Notes: a model not told the origin generated them from the letters alone. A DNA stretch of 64,000 nucleotides from Candidatus Pelagibacter sp. (GCA_013823725.1 PNMQ01000004.1:33569-97568), one strand, 5' to 3'. Counted from the first letter of the stretch, positions 1 to 10,324 are shown. Numbers and translations are program-made.

Positions 1-2293
1 ACGCTCCATGGGTGGCGTTGTAATTAAACTGAGGTCTCTAACCCCCGTTAAAGACAACTGTAATGTTCGAGGTATAGGCGTTGCCGTAAGCGTCAAAATA
101 TGAACGTCTGCCTGCAGCATTTTTAGTTTTTCTTTTTGTTTAACACCAAAATGTTGCTCTTCGTCAACGATAACAAGACCCAGATCACTGAATTTCTGGG
201 TTTTGTTTAATATAGAATGTGTTGTAATAATAATATCTACTGTACCCATTCCAACATCTTTACGAATTTGAGTAGCGACTTTGGGTGTAACAAGTCTTGA
301 AAGTTGCTGAATATTGAAACCAAACCCTTCAAACCTTTTACAAAAATTTTTATAATGCTGACGACACAGCAAAGTTGTTGGCGCAATTACCACAACTTGT
401 TTTCCATTTTGAGCAACGACAAACGCGGCTCTTAAAGCGATTTCAGTTTTACCAAAACCTACATCACCGCACACTAATCGATCCATTGGTCTTCCTGAAC
501 GTAGATCTTCAAAAACATCTTCAATAGCGCTTTGCTGATCATTCGTCTCTACATAAGGAAAACGTGCACAAAATTCTTCGTATTGCTTTTGCATAACATC
601 AAAAATTGGTGCTTTTTTAAGCTCTCTTTGCGCTGCAATTTTAATGAGATAATCAGCAACTTGAGCAATTTTCTGTTTCGCTTTATTTCGACGATTTTGC
701 CATAAACTAGATCCTAGTTTATCTAACGCTATATTTTCTTGATATTCTCCATAACGAGAAATGAGGTCTCCATTTTCAACAGGCAAAAAAAGACGATCAC
801 CAGAATCATAAATAAGTTGCAGACAATCGTGCCTTACACCTTCAATATCTATTGTTTTTAATCCCTTATATTGACCCAAACCATGCTGTTTATGAATCAC
901 TAAATCATCGGGTGTTAATTCTATAAAATCATCCCAGAAGATTTTATTTTTTTGTTTTTTGTCAAAAACATGAAATTGTTTATCGAATAAATCATCAATA
1001 TGGATATAAACCATATGATCCGTTTCAAAGGAAAGGTTGAAAGGAAAATTAGAAATGATAATTTCCTTACCACTTACGTGCTCTGCATCGTTCAAATAAA
1101 GATGTGAAAAATCATCTCTGAATTGGATAGAATCATCCCAATTTTCAGATAAATATTCCTTCATTTTATCCAAATTAACGCTACTATTAGAATTGAATAG
1201 AATCTGTTTATTTTTAACATTGTTCAAACGATCTAGAAAAGCTTCCCATTTTTCTTCTTTGGTATTTTTACTAAAATCTGCAGTCTTCCATAAACATGAA
1301 GTCGATTCCTGAATTAAAGTCGTTTTAGTATTTTTAAAAAATTCGTCCCATACAGATTGATCCCAATAAAGCTGATTCGGCATTCTTGAATGCAACACAT
1401 CTTGTTCTTTGGTTTTTTTCACGAAATGGCTAATATATTGCTCTGTTATGGTCGACATCCATACATCATCAATTGATACGTAATCAAAAATAGAATCCAA
1501 TTTTTCATAGATAAACGGCAGATAGTGTTCTAGGCCAGGATGATGCTGCAATGCAGATGGTTTAAGCAAAATTGTATTTAAAATCTCTTCCACGGCTTGA
1601 TTTTGATCATGCGTAACAGAATGAATGTGTTGACGCAAACGCTTTATATTTTCAACGTTTAACATAATTTCGGAATGACTAAGCAAAATCATTTCCGTCA
1701 TATTTTCTTTATTGACTACACGTTGAGTCAAAGGATCAAACATTTTAATTTGATCCAGTTCTTCACCAAAAAAATCAAGCCGTAAAGGATTTAAATAGGT
1801 TAAGGGGAAAATATCGATAATAGAACCACGAATAGCATATTCACCAGGCGCATAAACACATTCCACACGAACTAACTGATTGTCCGTAAAGGTCTGAATT
1901 AATTCATTTCGAGAGTATGATTTACCTAGTTCAAAACTTTTTTGATGTTCCAACAATATATTTTTAGGCACCAAATATTGTCCAATTGCATAGACCGTAC
2001 TCACTAAAACTATTTTCTTATCCCCATTCAACAACTCTGTTAACGTTCTAATTCTTTGCTGCTGAACATGCATTGAAGGAGACAATAACGAAAAAGGATC
2101 GCAATCCCATTCTTCAAAATCTAACACACAAACACCTGATTTCAAGGAATGTAAAATTTGTAAAAAACTTAAAGCTTCTTCTCGATTGGAACACAGCAAC
2201 AGAGAACACTTTGAACTGTGTTGTAAGGTTTTTAAAAGATCCAAGCATACTTCTAATTTATTGAAGCTTATTTTTTTTGAATTGACGATCATA
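1..2293 (-). CDS. mfd: Transcription-repair coupling factor Mfd (N-terminal ~764 codons; C-terminus lies beyond the window start)
   Basis: Absent from the ORF track because it has no stop in the window. My reverse-strand translation from the ATG at 2293 gives MIVNSKKISF...YAPGEYAIRGSIIDIFP...RLDFFGEELDQIKMFDP (UvrB-like Mfd N-domain). Further on it gives GDVGFGKTEIALRAAF (Walker A) and LVIVDEEQHFGVKQKEKLK...LTLTATPIPRTLQLSLTGVRDLSLITTPP (helicase motifs II/III typical of Mfd). Confidence 0.85.
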
Positions 2294-2378
2294 ATTATTT
2301 CACTAACTTTTCATTTTACTTTTTTTTAACACATCATGTGCATACTATTTAAAACCCAGAATACCGCAGGTCATCCCC

Positions 2379-3161
2379 ATGCTTTTTAAAATATCTTTTG
2401 CTTACTTTTCATTTCTAGCCATTTTTGCACATTCCGCAAATCTTTTCCAAAATAATCTTGTTCAGCAAATGGTTGCATCAGCGGCACCACAGCTAAAAGA
2501 AGAACTTACAAAAGCTGTAACCAACACTCCCAATTCTGTGGCAATCCCAACAAATCAACCCATAATTATCGATTCCCCAAATGTTGGTCCCAATATCAAT
2601 ACAACGAACTCTCCTTCTGCACAGCTATCCAATATTAATCAGCCCCAACCCACTGTAAAAGAAAAAGAAAATAAACAAAAATTTGTGGCTAAAAAAGAAA
2701 AAAAAGCTAGATTGTATAAAAGATATACAGGACTTTCCTTAACACTAGAAGACGGGGAAAGTTATTTTAGCAATATTTTAAAATCAGTCAGACAATTCTC
2801 TTCTCGTGAAAGCTTAAGTCATCTAAGTGCAGCAAGCACTATTCCTTTTGATGCCAACGTTCTTGATGCGGCTGTCGTGTGTTTTCAAAAAGTATCTAAA
2901 GGCTATTTTAGAGTTCATTCAGTCAATCCTAAGGCAAATGGACTTGTCACAGACCCATACGACAAATCGCTTCTTCACAGGATTTTCCAACTCAATAAAA
3001 CCGATAAATTTAGTTTCTTCATTCGAACAGGACCAGCCGAAGCAGAAGAAATTTTAGTGTTTAACGGTCTTGTTTTTTCAAAAACAGGCAAAGGTAATGA
3101 AAGAGGTGACTCTGTATGTTTTGCCAGATACAACGTTGAAAAAATAAAACCTAAAAGTTAA
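2379..3161 (+). CDS. Exported hypothetical protein, CFARY-tail family (paralog of 59375..59881)
   Basis: N-terminal signal peptide (MLFKISFAYFSFLAIFAHSANL), a low-complexity N/P/Q-rich linker, and a C-terminal ~90-aa domain VVCFQK...RVHSVN...NGLVFSKTGKGNERGDSVCFARY. That domain aligns with the C-terminus of the 168-aa ORF at 59375..59881. Confidence 0.6.
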   Translation: MLFKISFAYFSFLAIFAHSANLFQNNLVQQMVASAAPQLKEELTKAVTNTPNSVAIPTNQPIIIDSPNVGPNINTTNSPSAQLSNINQPQPTVKEKENKQKFVAKKEKKARLYKRYTGLSLTLEDGESYFSNILKSVRQFSSRESLSHLSAASTIPFDANVLDAAVVCFQKVSKGYFRVHSVNPKANGLVTDPYDKSLLHRIFQLNKTDKFSFFIRTGPAEAEEILVFNGLVFSKTGKGNERGDSVCFARYNVEKIKPKS

Positions 3162-3163
3162 TT

Positions 3164-4039
3164 TTAATGGGTAGAAGCACCCACACAACAAACAGATTTC
3201 AAATGATTAAATTCTTTTTGCTGCGTTTCTGTGAAAGAAAATTTAGATATTAATTTAACTTGATCACAGCATTCTGATTTATGATCACGAATTTGAAGTG
3301 CGCGAGCATATCCCAATCTTGCTGTTGCAATTTGAGTGTCCTCTAAAGGTAACACTATCGCAGACTTAAAATAAGCCTCTGCTTTTTCAGCATCTTTTAA
3401 AGCTAGGTTTGCAAGCCCTGCATTAATATGGCTACTGTGTGCCAATTTCGAATCTGGTTCTTTGTTCATAATTTCTTCAAATATACTCAATGCTTTTCGA
3501 TGGTCATCAACATTATCTGAACCTAAAAGTTTTAAGCCCAAATTATAATCTTGAGAAGAAGTACTGCTAGTAGTGATGACTGATTTAGAGATTTCCTGAG
3601 CAGCAACTGTAGCTTTGTTATCCAGATAGTGCTTTTTTTTATCAACATCAGTAAGTGTTTTTTCATTAGAAGAAACCTCTGCGGAGCCAACACGTTTTTC
3701 AGCAATCAATGCTTCTAATTGCTCAATACGCTTTTCTAAGCTGGAGATTTTTTCTGATTGATCATGAAAATTCTCAACTTTTTTTGATTTCATTTCGACA
3801 GCTTGGTTGTAATCTTCAACAAGTTTTTTAAGAACAGGGTCTTCAGGTAAAGCTATTTTTTCTCGTTCACGAATTTTTTGGTCAAGGTCAGAAATACGTC
3901 GATCGAGCGCTGTAGGATCTTCTGAAGTAATTGAATCGCCTATCTCTTGATGATCTCCTAAAGGAATTAGTCCGGCAAAGCTAGTGTTTAATAATATTAA
4001 AGATAATAACACCGTAAACATTAATCTTATTTTATTCAT
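3164..4039 (-). CDS. Periplasmic coiled-coil plus TPR protein, CpoB/YbgF-like
   Basis: Signal peptide, then a heptad-rich charged segment (DLDQKIREREK, SSLEKRIEQLEALIAEKR), then C-terminal TPR-like helices (LGLKLLG...ALSIFEEI..., AGLANLALKDAEKAEAYFKSAI). This is the same architecture as Tol-Pal associated CpoB. No tol/pal genes are adjacent. Confidence 0.45.
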   Translation of the reverse strand: MNKIRLMFTVLLSLILLNTSFAGLIPLGDHQEIGDSITSEDPTALDRRISDLDQKIREREKIALPEDPVLKKLVEDYNQAVEMKSKKVENFHDQSEKISSLEKRIEQLEALIAEKRVGSAEVSSNEKTLTDVDKKKHYLDNKATVAAQEISKSVITTSSTSSQDYNLGLKLLGSDNVDDHRKALSIFEEIMNKEPDSKLAHSSHINAGLANLALKDAEKAEAYFKSAIVLPLEDTQIATARLGYARALQIRDHKSECCDQVKLISKFSFTETQQKEFNHLKSVCCVGASTH

Positions 4040-4069
4040 TGATTTTTGACCTCTCCATAATTGCGTTAT

Positions 4070-5155
4070 CTATAGTTGACCAATATAAATCCCAAGACTT
4101 TTTGCAGTTTGAACAAGCACATCATCTTTCAGAACCCTACTATATGTTCCAATAGCGTCTTCAATTGGAATGTCTATTACGCCACGATTACTCCAGCCAA
4201 CCATGCGTCCAAATTTTTTATTGATAGCTAAATCAACAGCAGCAACCCCAAAAGCTGAAGCAATCACTCGATCAATAGCATTCGGAACACCTCCACGTTG
4301 AAGATGCCCTAAAACTGTCACGCGAGTTTCGTAAGATGTTTTTTCATTAATTTGATCTGCTATATAGAAACCAATTCCCCCATAACGTAGTCTTCCATTT
4401 TCAGTAACTTCTTGTGCAACATTTTCACCATTTTCTTTAGTAATAGCTTCCGCGACAATAACCAACGCATGTTTTCTTCCTGTAGCAAATACTTTATTTA
4501 AACGGTCGAGGACTCCGTCAAGTGAATAAGGAATTTCTGGGATCAAAATAACATCTGCAGCACCAGCTATGCCTGCACCTAAGGCAATGTGTCCTGCATC
4601 TCTTCCCATAACTTCCAGAATCATAATCCTTCGATGACTTTCAGCTGTAGTATCCAAACAATCCAATGCATGAGTTGCTGTGTCCAAAGCTGTGCAATAT
4701 CCTATAGCAAGCTCTGTTTTACCAAGATCGTTATCGATAGTTTTAGGAATAGCTACAATATTTAAATCACCGATTTTTGCAATATCGTTCATTATTTTTA
4801 AACTGCCATCACCACCTATGACAATAAGACACTCAAGGTTTAATTCTCTATAACCTTCAATCAAATAATCGGTTCGATCCTTTTTGGTACCATCTTCGCA
4901 AGGATAATGGAAAGGATCTGCCTTATTGGTACTACCTAGTTTTGTTCCACCAACACGTATAATTGATTCAGGGCAATTATCTTGATCAAGCACAACATAT
5001 TTCATTGGTCGTGAAATTAGTCCTGTTGAGCCTTCTAAAATACCGATGACTTCATAACCATAATTTTGAGTTGCGTGATGATAAACTGCACGAATTGCAG
5101 CATTTAATCCAGCGCAATCACCGCCACTTGTCAGTATCCCAATTCTTTTTTTCAT
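4070..5155 (-). CDS. pfkA: 6-phosphofructokinase
   Basis: MKKRIGILTSGGDCAGLNAAIRAV N-terminus plus GGDGSL and PKTIDNDL motifs of the PfkA family. GGDGS (rather than GGDD) favours the ATP-dependent type. Confidence 0.9.
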   Translation of the reverse strand: MKKRIGILTSGGDCAGLNAAIRAVYHHATQNYGYEVIGILEGSTGLISRPMKYVVLDQDNCPESIIRVGGTKLGSTNKADPFHYPCEDGTKKDRTDYLIEGYRELNLECLIVIGGDGSLKIMNDIAKIGDLNIVAIPKTIDNDLGKTELAIGYCTALDTATHALDCLDTTAESHRRIMILEVMGRDAGHIALGAGIAGAADVILIPEIPYSLDGVLDRLNKVFATGRKHALVIVAEAITKENGENVAQEVTENGRLRYGGIGFYIADQINEKTSYETRVTVLGHLQRGGVPNAIDRVIASAFGVAAVDLAINKKFGRMVGWSNRGVIDIPIEDAIGTYSRVLKDDVLVQTAKSLGIYIGQL

Positions 5156-5290
5156 AATAGACCTTAAGCTTTAAATTTTATAGGACTCTAATATTTCCAA
5201 TATTTTAAAATTCTAAAACATTATTTCTTTAATTTAAAGCTTAAAGCGTATAAAATAGAACGATGATTCTCAATTTGGAAAAAATAATTC

Positions 5291-6175
5291 ATGGGTCATT
5301 ACCCGGTCATGTTACCTGAAGTTTTAGAGCACCTTAATATCCAAGATGGAGGGCATTATTTAGATGCTACATTTGGAGGGGGCGGATACACCCAATCTAT
5401 TTTAAACGAGAAACTATGCACAGTATCAGCTGTGGACCGTGATGAAGATGCACAAAAAAGATCTAAAGAATTATCTGAGGTCTACAAAGAACGTTTTCAT
5501 TTTTACCTCAATAATTTTTCTGAAATAGGAAATTTTCTACAACATGGAACTTTTGATGGAATTGTTTTTGATTTTGGTGTTTCATCTTTTCAACTGGATA
5601 CAGCCGAAAGAGGTTTTTCATTCAGACTTGATGGGCCGCTAGATATGCGCATGTCCAAAGAATCTCCCGTTTCTGCCTATGATGTTGTCAATGGATTTTC
5701 AAAAGACAATCTTGCTGATATCATTTATCACTACGGCGATGAACCCTTATCTCGTAAAATTGCGTCAGCAATAGTAAGAAGTAGAGATACTAAAAAAATT
5801 GAAACAACTTCTGAGCTAGCTGAAATTATTCGTGCCGTTTCACCCAGAAGACGCGACCATGACCCTGCAACACTTACTTTTCAAGCACTACGCATATATG
5901 TTAATGATGAGTTATCAGAAATAGACAAAGGCGTAAGGTCTGCCATCAATTTGCTTCGTCCAGGCGGAAGATTGGTTGTAGTAAGCTTTCATTCATTAGA
6001 GGACAGAATTTGCAAAGAAATTTTCAAACATTCATCGTTTCAATCAGGCCATACGAAACTTAAACAGGTCACAAAAAAAGCGATCCCGCCTTCAAAAACA
6101 GAAATAAGACAAAACGTAAGGTCCCGTTCCGCGCGATTACGATGTATTGAATTAATCAAGGAGCCATATGTTTAA
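5291..6175 (+). CDS. rsmH: 16S rRNA (cytosine1402-N4)-methyltransferase RsmH/MraW
   Basis: HYPVMLPEVLEHL, the DATFGGGGYT SAM loop, FDFGVSSFQLD and ALRIYVNDEL blocks. It heads an ftsL-ftsI string. Confidence 0.9.
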   Translation: MGHYPVMLPEVLEHLNIQDGGHYLDATFGGGGYTQSILNEKLCTVSAVDRDEDAQKRSKELSEVYKERFHFYLNNFSEIGNFLQHGTFDGIVFDFGVSSFQLDTAERGFSFRLDGPLDMRMSKESPVSAYDVVNGFSKDNLADIIYHYGDEPLSRKIASAIVRSRDTKKIETTSELAEIIRAVSPRRRDHDPATLTFQALRIYVNDELSEIDKGVRSAINLLRPGGRLVVVSFHSLEDRICKEIFKHSSFQSGHTKLKQVTKKAIPPSKTEIRQNVRSRSARLRCIELIKEPYV

Positions 6176-6506
6176 TAGATTTTCACTATTTAATGTTCTT
6201 TTGACATGCGTAGTCATGATTCTACTTTTTAAAATTAAAAACAATGTTGAACTTTTAGAAAGAGAACAAAAAAACCTTAAATCATCTATCAGCAAAATGC
6301 ATGACGATTTAAGAATAAAAGTAGCATCGTGGAACGTCTTAAACCACCCTACAGACCTTAAAAAACTAACTGTGAAATATTTGCCTGACTTTCAACCAAT
6401 TTCATCTGGAAATATAATTACTTTTGATGATATAATAGAAATGTCAAGGGGTCAAAATGATAACGGCGAAGATCTCGACAGTTTTATAGCCAATTTAGCA
6501 GACTAA
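6168..6506 (+). CDS. ftsL: Cell division protein FtsL-like
   Basis: 112 aa with a single N-terminal TM helix followed by a coiled coil. It overlaps the rsmH stop by 8 nt and sits between rsmH and ftsI. The ASWNVLNHPTDLKKL segment resembles alphaproteobacterial FtsL. Confidence 0.65.
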   Translation: MFNRFSLFNVLLTCVVMILLFKIKNNVELLEREQKNLKSSISKMHDDLRIKVASWNVLNHPTDLKKLTVKYLPDFQPISSGNIITFDDIIEMSRGQNDNGEDLDSFIANLAD

Positions 6507-6531
6507 TTTCAGAGGTTAACATTTTTAGCAT

Positions 6532-8268
6532 ATGCTTTCGTTTAAAGAAAAACGCGTTACAGGCCTAGGTCGTTTATTAAAAGATGCTACTAATCACGTT
6601 ACGTTTTTGGAAATGATGCGTAAGAGGGTTGCATTCCTCATTTTTTCAGGTCTATTTTTATTTTTAATCGCTATTTTTAGATTAGCTAGTCTAATGCTTT
6701 TTCAGAACTCAATCATATCTGAAAATAATTTTGATGCAAGAGAAAATAAACATATACCAAGAGCAGATATTATAGACCGCAATGGAAATGTAGTGGCAAC
6801 ACACATTGTTACCGCATCTTTGTACGCTAACCCCAAAATAATAATTGATCCCAAGAATGCCGCAAAACAGCTTTCTAAAATTTTTCCACAACTTTCATAC
6901 AAATCATTACTACAAAAACTTTCTAACACATCAAAGTCTTTCATATGGATTGCCCGACATATTCCACCAAAAACTCAGCATGAAGTTAATCTTATTGGTC
7001 AACCAGGACTTGTCCTCCAAAAGGACCATAAAAGAATGTATCCATACGGAAAACTTTTTTCTCATGTAGTAGGTTACTCTGGTCTTGACAATAACGGTCT
7101 AGCAGGAGTTGAAAAAAAATTCGATCATCATCTTAAAAATTCAGCCACACCTCTTAAGCTTAGCATTGACCTTAGAATACAAGCATCGATTGCAGAACTT
7201 GTATCACAAGCGGTAGATTTTTTCCAAGCTAAAGCTGGAAATGCAATAGTGATGGATATAAAAACAGGTGAGATTTTAGGTATGGTATCATTACCTGTTT
7301 TTGATCCTCACAATATTAATGATGCAAAACCTGAAGAACTTTTTCATATTAATACTTTAGGTGTATATGAACCAGGATCTACATGGAAAATTCTTAATAC
7401 TGCAATTGCATTAGAAACAGGTTTATCCACTCCAAATTCAAACTATGATGCAAGACATCCCATTAAAATAGGTCGTTTTACAATAACAGATTTTAAAGGA
7501 AAGAACCGATTCCTTAATCTGACTGAAGCATTTGTGTATTCATCAAACATTGCTGCAGTAAAAGTTGCCCAACAGTTTGGATCTAAAATTCAGCAAGAAT
7601 ACTTTCGTAAGTTCGGTGTGTTTAAACCATCAAATATTGAAATCCCCGAAATGGCCATGCCATTACTACCCAAAAGTTGGAAAGAATCAACATTGATGTC
7701 TGCTTCTTATGGATATGGCATCTCACTATCCCCACTGCATGCAGCAACAATCATAGGGACACTTATTAACAATGGGGAAAAAATACAACCTACTCTGATT
7801 TATAATCCCAAAAAAAACATAGCAACTACTTCCGAAAATCCAGTAATATCGAAAAAAACGTCAGCAACACTTAGAGAGATGATGAGAGCAACAACCTTGT
7901 ACGGAGGATCGAGAAAAGCAAATATTCAAGGATATTCTGTTTTTGCAAAAACAGGGACCGCATACACAAGTGTGGGGAAAAAATATAATGGAAAAGATCG
8001 ATTTAATTCCTGCATCGCAGGATTTCCATTTCATAACCCAAAGTATTTAGTTTACGTAGGCCTACATTCACCAAAAGCTTTACCAGAAACGTATTTCTAC
8101 AATGCTGCAGGCTGGAATGCAGCACCTACTGCTGGAAAAATCATTGAAAGAATTGCACCTGTTCTTAACGTTGAACCAGACGACACACCTACAACATTTA
8201 AAAATGTATCTTGGCTTGATGAAACATTAGACATACCACATAATATTGTATTGACAAACGGGCAGTAA
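6532..8268 (+). CDS. ftsI: Peptidoglycan D,D-transpeptidase FtsI (PBP3)
   Basis: N-terminal membrane anchor plus the penicillin-binding motifs SxxK (STWK), SxN (SSN) and KTG (KTGT). The dcw-cluster position fits. Confidence 0.85.
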   Translation: MLSFKEKRVTGLGRLLKDATNHVTFLEMMRKRVAFLIFSGLFLFLIAIFRLASLMLFQNSIISENNFDARENKHIPRADIIDRNGNVVATHIVTASLYANPKIIIDPKNAAKQLSKIFPQLSYKSLLQKLSNTSKSFIWIARHIPPKTQHEVNLIGQPGLVLQKDHKRMYPYGKLFSHVVGYSGLDNNGLAGVEKKFDHHLKNSATPLKLSIDLRIQASIAELVSQAVDFFQAKAGNAIVMDIKTGEILGMVSLPVFDPHNINDAKPEELFHINTLGVYEPGSTWKILNTAIALETGLSTPNSNYDARHPIKIGRFTITDFKGKNRFLNLTEAFVYSSNIAAVKVAQQFGSKIQQEYFRKFGVFKPSNIEIPEMAMPLLPKSWKESTLMSASYGYGISLSPLHAATIIGTLINNGEKIQPTLIYNPKKNIATTSENPVISKKTSATLREMMRATTLYGGSRKANIQGYSVFAKTGTAYTSVGKKYNGKDRFNSCIAGFPFHNPKYLVYVGLHSPKALPETYFYNAAGWNAAPTAGKIIERIAPVLNVEPDDTPTTFKNVSWLDETLDIPHNIVLTNGQ

Positions 8269-8356
8269 TCTTCAATCCTTACCATATATGTGCGCAAAAT
8301 GCTCTTCAATCAATTTCAAAGAGCACCACTAATGTTATCGTTTATAAAAATAAGTA

Positions 8357-8908
8357 TTATTTATTTTTTTTAGAACTACAGCATGAAAACAAGCGCTTAA
8401 AAAAGCCTTTATTTTCCTTAACAAGACCATTAATATCACTAACAATTTCAACCACTTCATGCGCTACAGCTTTAGAATCATTGGCTTGCAAAAGATCAGC
8501 TGTATTTCCTATTAAACCACCAATGTGCTGCAGGTTTGAACTTTGATTTTGATCCCCAAGTTGCGCAGCAACCTCTCCGATAACATCTAACGCTGCAGAC
8601 GCCTTTTGGACATCCTTTATGTCCGATGTATTGTCAACAAAATTGTCAACTTTATCCAAAGCATCAGGCAGTAGCTGCTCAGCAACACCGATAACAACAT
8701 CAACCTTTCCCTTAACATTTTCTGAATTTTTAAAATCATCTTTAGCTTTTACTAGCGTAACTGTAGTACCAATAATCATTTCGACAGTCTTATTGGTAGA
8801 CGCACCTACGGGTTGACTATCAGAAACTTCATCACTAATACTCGTAGAACGAGCTGTAGTAGCATTTAATACGGCACAACTAAACATCAAAAATAGAATT
8901 TTATTCAT
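8357..8908 (-). CDS. Exported hypothetical protein (helical, Asp/Val-rich)
   Basis: Signal peptide MNKILFLMFSCAVLNATTA. There is no recognisable domain. The tail is C-terminal FSCCSSKKNK. Confidence 0.5.
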   Translation of the reverse strand: MNKILFLMFSCAVLNATTARSTSISDEVSDSQPVGASTNKTVEMIIGTTVTLVKAKDDFKNSENVKGKVDVVIGVAEQLLPDALDKVDNFVDNTSDIKDVQKASAALDVIGEVAAQLGDQNQSSNLQHIGGLIGNTADLLQANDSKAVAHEVVEIVSDINGLVKENKGFFKRLFSCCSSKKNK

Positions 8909-9086
8909 ACTATAAGTCCTTTAAATTGAAAAAGTAAACTATTTTAATCAGCAAGAGTTTATATCTTGAGTAATCACAAGATTGTTTTTGCATATAATTA
9001 TTAATACCTCATTAATTTTTCATAAATATTATTAATTTTAATTAATAATATTAAAATTCAAAGATCTAAATAAGTTTATTGTTAAC

Positions 9087-9117
9087 AAAAAAAAGCACCT
9101 TAATGGTGCTTTTTTTA
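9087..9117 (-). terminator. Rho-independent (bidirectional) terminator downstream of rplI
   Basis: An A-run, a stem AGCACC (9094-9099), a 5-nt loop, a stem GGTGCT (9105-9110), then a T-run 9111-9116. It lies 37 nt past the rplI stop. Confidence 0.6.
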
Positions 9118-9153
9118 AGTATTAAAATCTTCTCTAAAAGAGATGATTAAATA

Positions 9154-9648
9154 TTAGTCTTGCTCAACTGACTCTTTAGGAGTTATAAACGCTGCAGCTT
9201 CATCTTCTGATTGGGCTACTATAACGTTAATGTTCCCAATGACTTCAGGGTGTAACACAACATTGACTGAGTGCTTTCCTAAATTTTTAATAGGAAGAGT
9301 GATTCTAACTTGATTTTTGTCTAATGAATAACCTTGGTCTTTTACACCAGCTACGATATCCAGTGGACGAACTGAACCAAAGAGCTGACCAGCATCGCTT
9401 GCTTGACGAATAACAACTACTGTTAAACCGTCCATTCGTGCCAAAACTGATTCTGCTTCACTTTTCATTTTCAAATTGTGAGCTTCAATTTCAATTCTTT
9501 GTTTTTCAAAGTACTCTAAGTTTTGAGATGTTGCTCTTAGTGCCTTTTTTTGTGGCAACAAAAAATTACGAGCATATCCTGGTTTTACGTCAACGATATC
9601 GCCGATATGACCAAGATGTTCAACACGAGTAAGTAATACAACTTGCAT
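9154..9648 (-). CDS. rplI: 50S ribosomal protein L9
   Basis: MQVVLLTRVEHLGHIGDIVDVKPGYARNFLLPQKKA is the canonical L9 N-terminus. I prefer the start at the second ATG (9648); the ORF track extends to 9657. Confidence 0.9.
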   Translation of the reverse strand: MQVVLLTRVEHLGHIGDIVDVKPGYARNFLLPQKKALRATSQNLEYFEKQRIEIEAHNLKMKSEAESVLARMDGLTVVVIRQASDAGQLFGSVRPLDIVAGVKDQGYSLDKNQVRITLPIKNLGKHSVNVVLHPEVIGNINVIVAQSEDEAAAFITPKESVEQD

Positions 9649-9663
9649 TATGTACATCTCCCC

Positions 9664-9939
9664 TTAAGAATTAACATATGGCATCAAAGCCAAGAAACGA
9701 GCTCTTTTTACAGCTAAAGATAGTGCTCTTTGATTTTTTGCAGAAACAGCGCTTATGCGACTAGGCATAATCTTTCCACGTTCAGAAACAAATTTTGACA
9801 ATGTTCTGACATCTTTATAGTCGATTTTCATAGCATTAGTGCCTGAAAATGGACATGTTTTTCTTCTTCTAAAAAATTGTTTTCTTGATGTTGGACGAGA
9901 ACCTGTTGATTCTGTCATGTTTGTTTCTACATCACTCAT
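9664..9939 (-). CDS. rpsR: 30S ribosomal protein S18
   Basis: [12 protein letters not shown]...[56 protein letters not shown] abuts the first ATG (9948) with no spacer, so the ATG at 9939 is the likelier start. Confidence 0.9.
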   Translation of the reverse strand: MSDVETNMTESTGSRPTSRKQFFRRRKTCPFSGTNAMKIDYKDVRTLSKFVSERGKIMPSRISAVSAKNQRALSLAVKRARFLALMPYVNS

Positions 9940-9955
9940 AACATTCATCTCCTCA

Positions 9956-10324
9956 TTAACTGTCTAATAAATCATCTTGTGGGTATGATTCTTCTCTAAA
10001 GTGTCGATTTTGCATTAATGCTGATGGATTATTGTCTAATTCATCTACACGTACTGTTAAAAACCTTAAAACGTCTTCGTTCAATCTCATCTGACGTTCC
10101 ATTTCAGTTATGGCTTTAGAATCAACAGCAATGTTGAAAAGAACGTAATGTCCTTTTTTATTTTTTTTAATAGGGTAAGCCAAAGTTCTTAAACCGCAAA
10201 ATTCGGTTTTGGAAACCTCTCCACCATATTCCTTAACAATAGCAGTATAGTGTTGAGCTAGCGTTTCGATTTGATTTGATGTCAGATCTTGCCTAGCTAT
10301 AAATACATTTTCGTAAAATCTCAT
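9956..10324 (-). CDS. rpsF: 30S ribosomal protein S6
   Basis: [14 protein letters not shown] is an S6 N-terminus. An AAGGAG Shine-Dalgarno lies 6-7 nt upstream of the ATG at 10324. The ORF-track start at 10405 is probably upstream read-through. Confidence 0.9.
   Translation of the reverse strand: MRFYENVFIARQDLTSNQIETLAQHYTAIVKEYGGEVSKTEFCGLRTLAYPIKKNKKGHYVLFNIAVDSKAITEMERQMRLNEDVLRFLTVRVDELDNNPSALMQNRHFREESYPQDDLLDS

Noticed and set aside
2073-2264. 63-aa plus-strand ORF from the track
   Set aside because: It lies entirely antisense within the mfd coding region (1..2293, minus), whose translation shows strong Mfd motifs. Such an ORF is expected by chance in AT-rich antisense frames.
6702-7069. 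Three short ORFs (6702..6944 minus, 6709..6891 minus, 6845..7069 plus) inside ftsI
   Set aside because: They are nested in or antisense to a well-supported PBP3 gene, and none has a recognisable motif.
3164-8908. C-terminal Cys-Cys motifs (CCVGASTH in the CpoB-like protein, FSCCSSKKNK in the 183-aa protein) as possible host lipidation signals
   Set aside because: Neither is a CaaX box, because Cys is not at position -4. Both proteins have Sec signal peptides. Two occurrences are not evidence of a motif.
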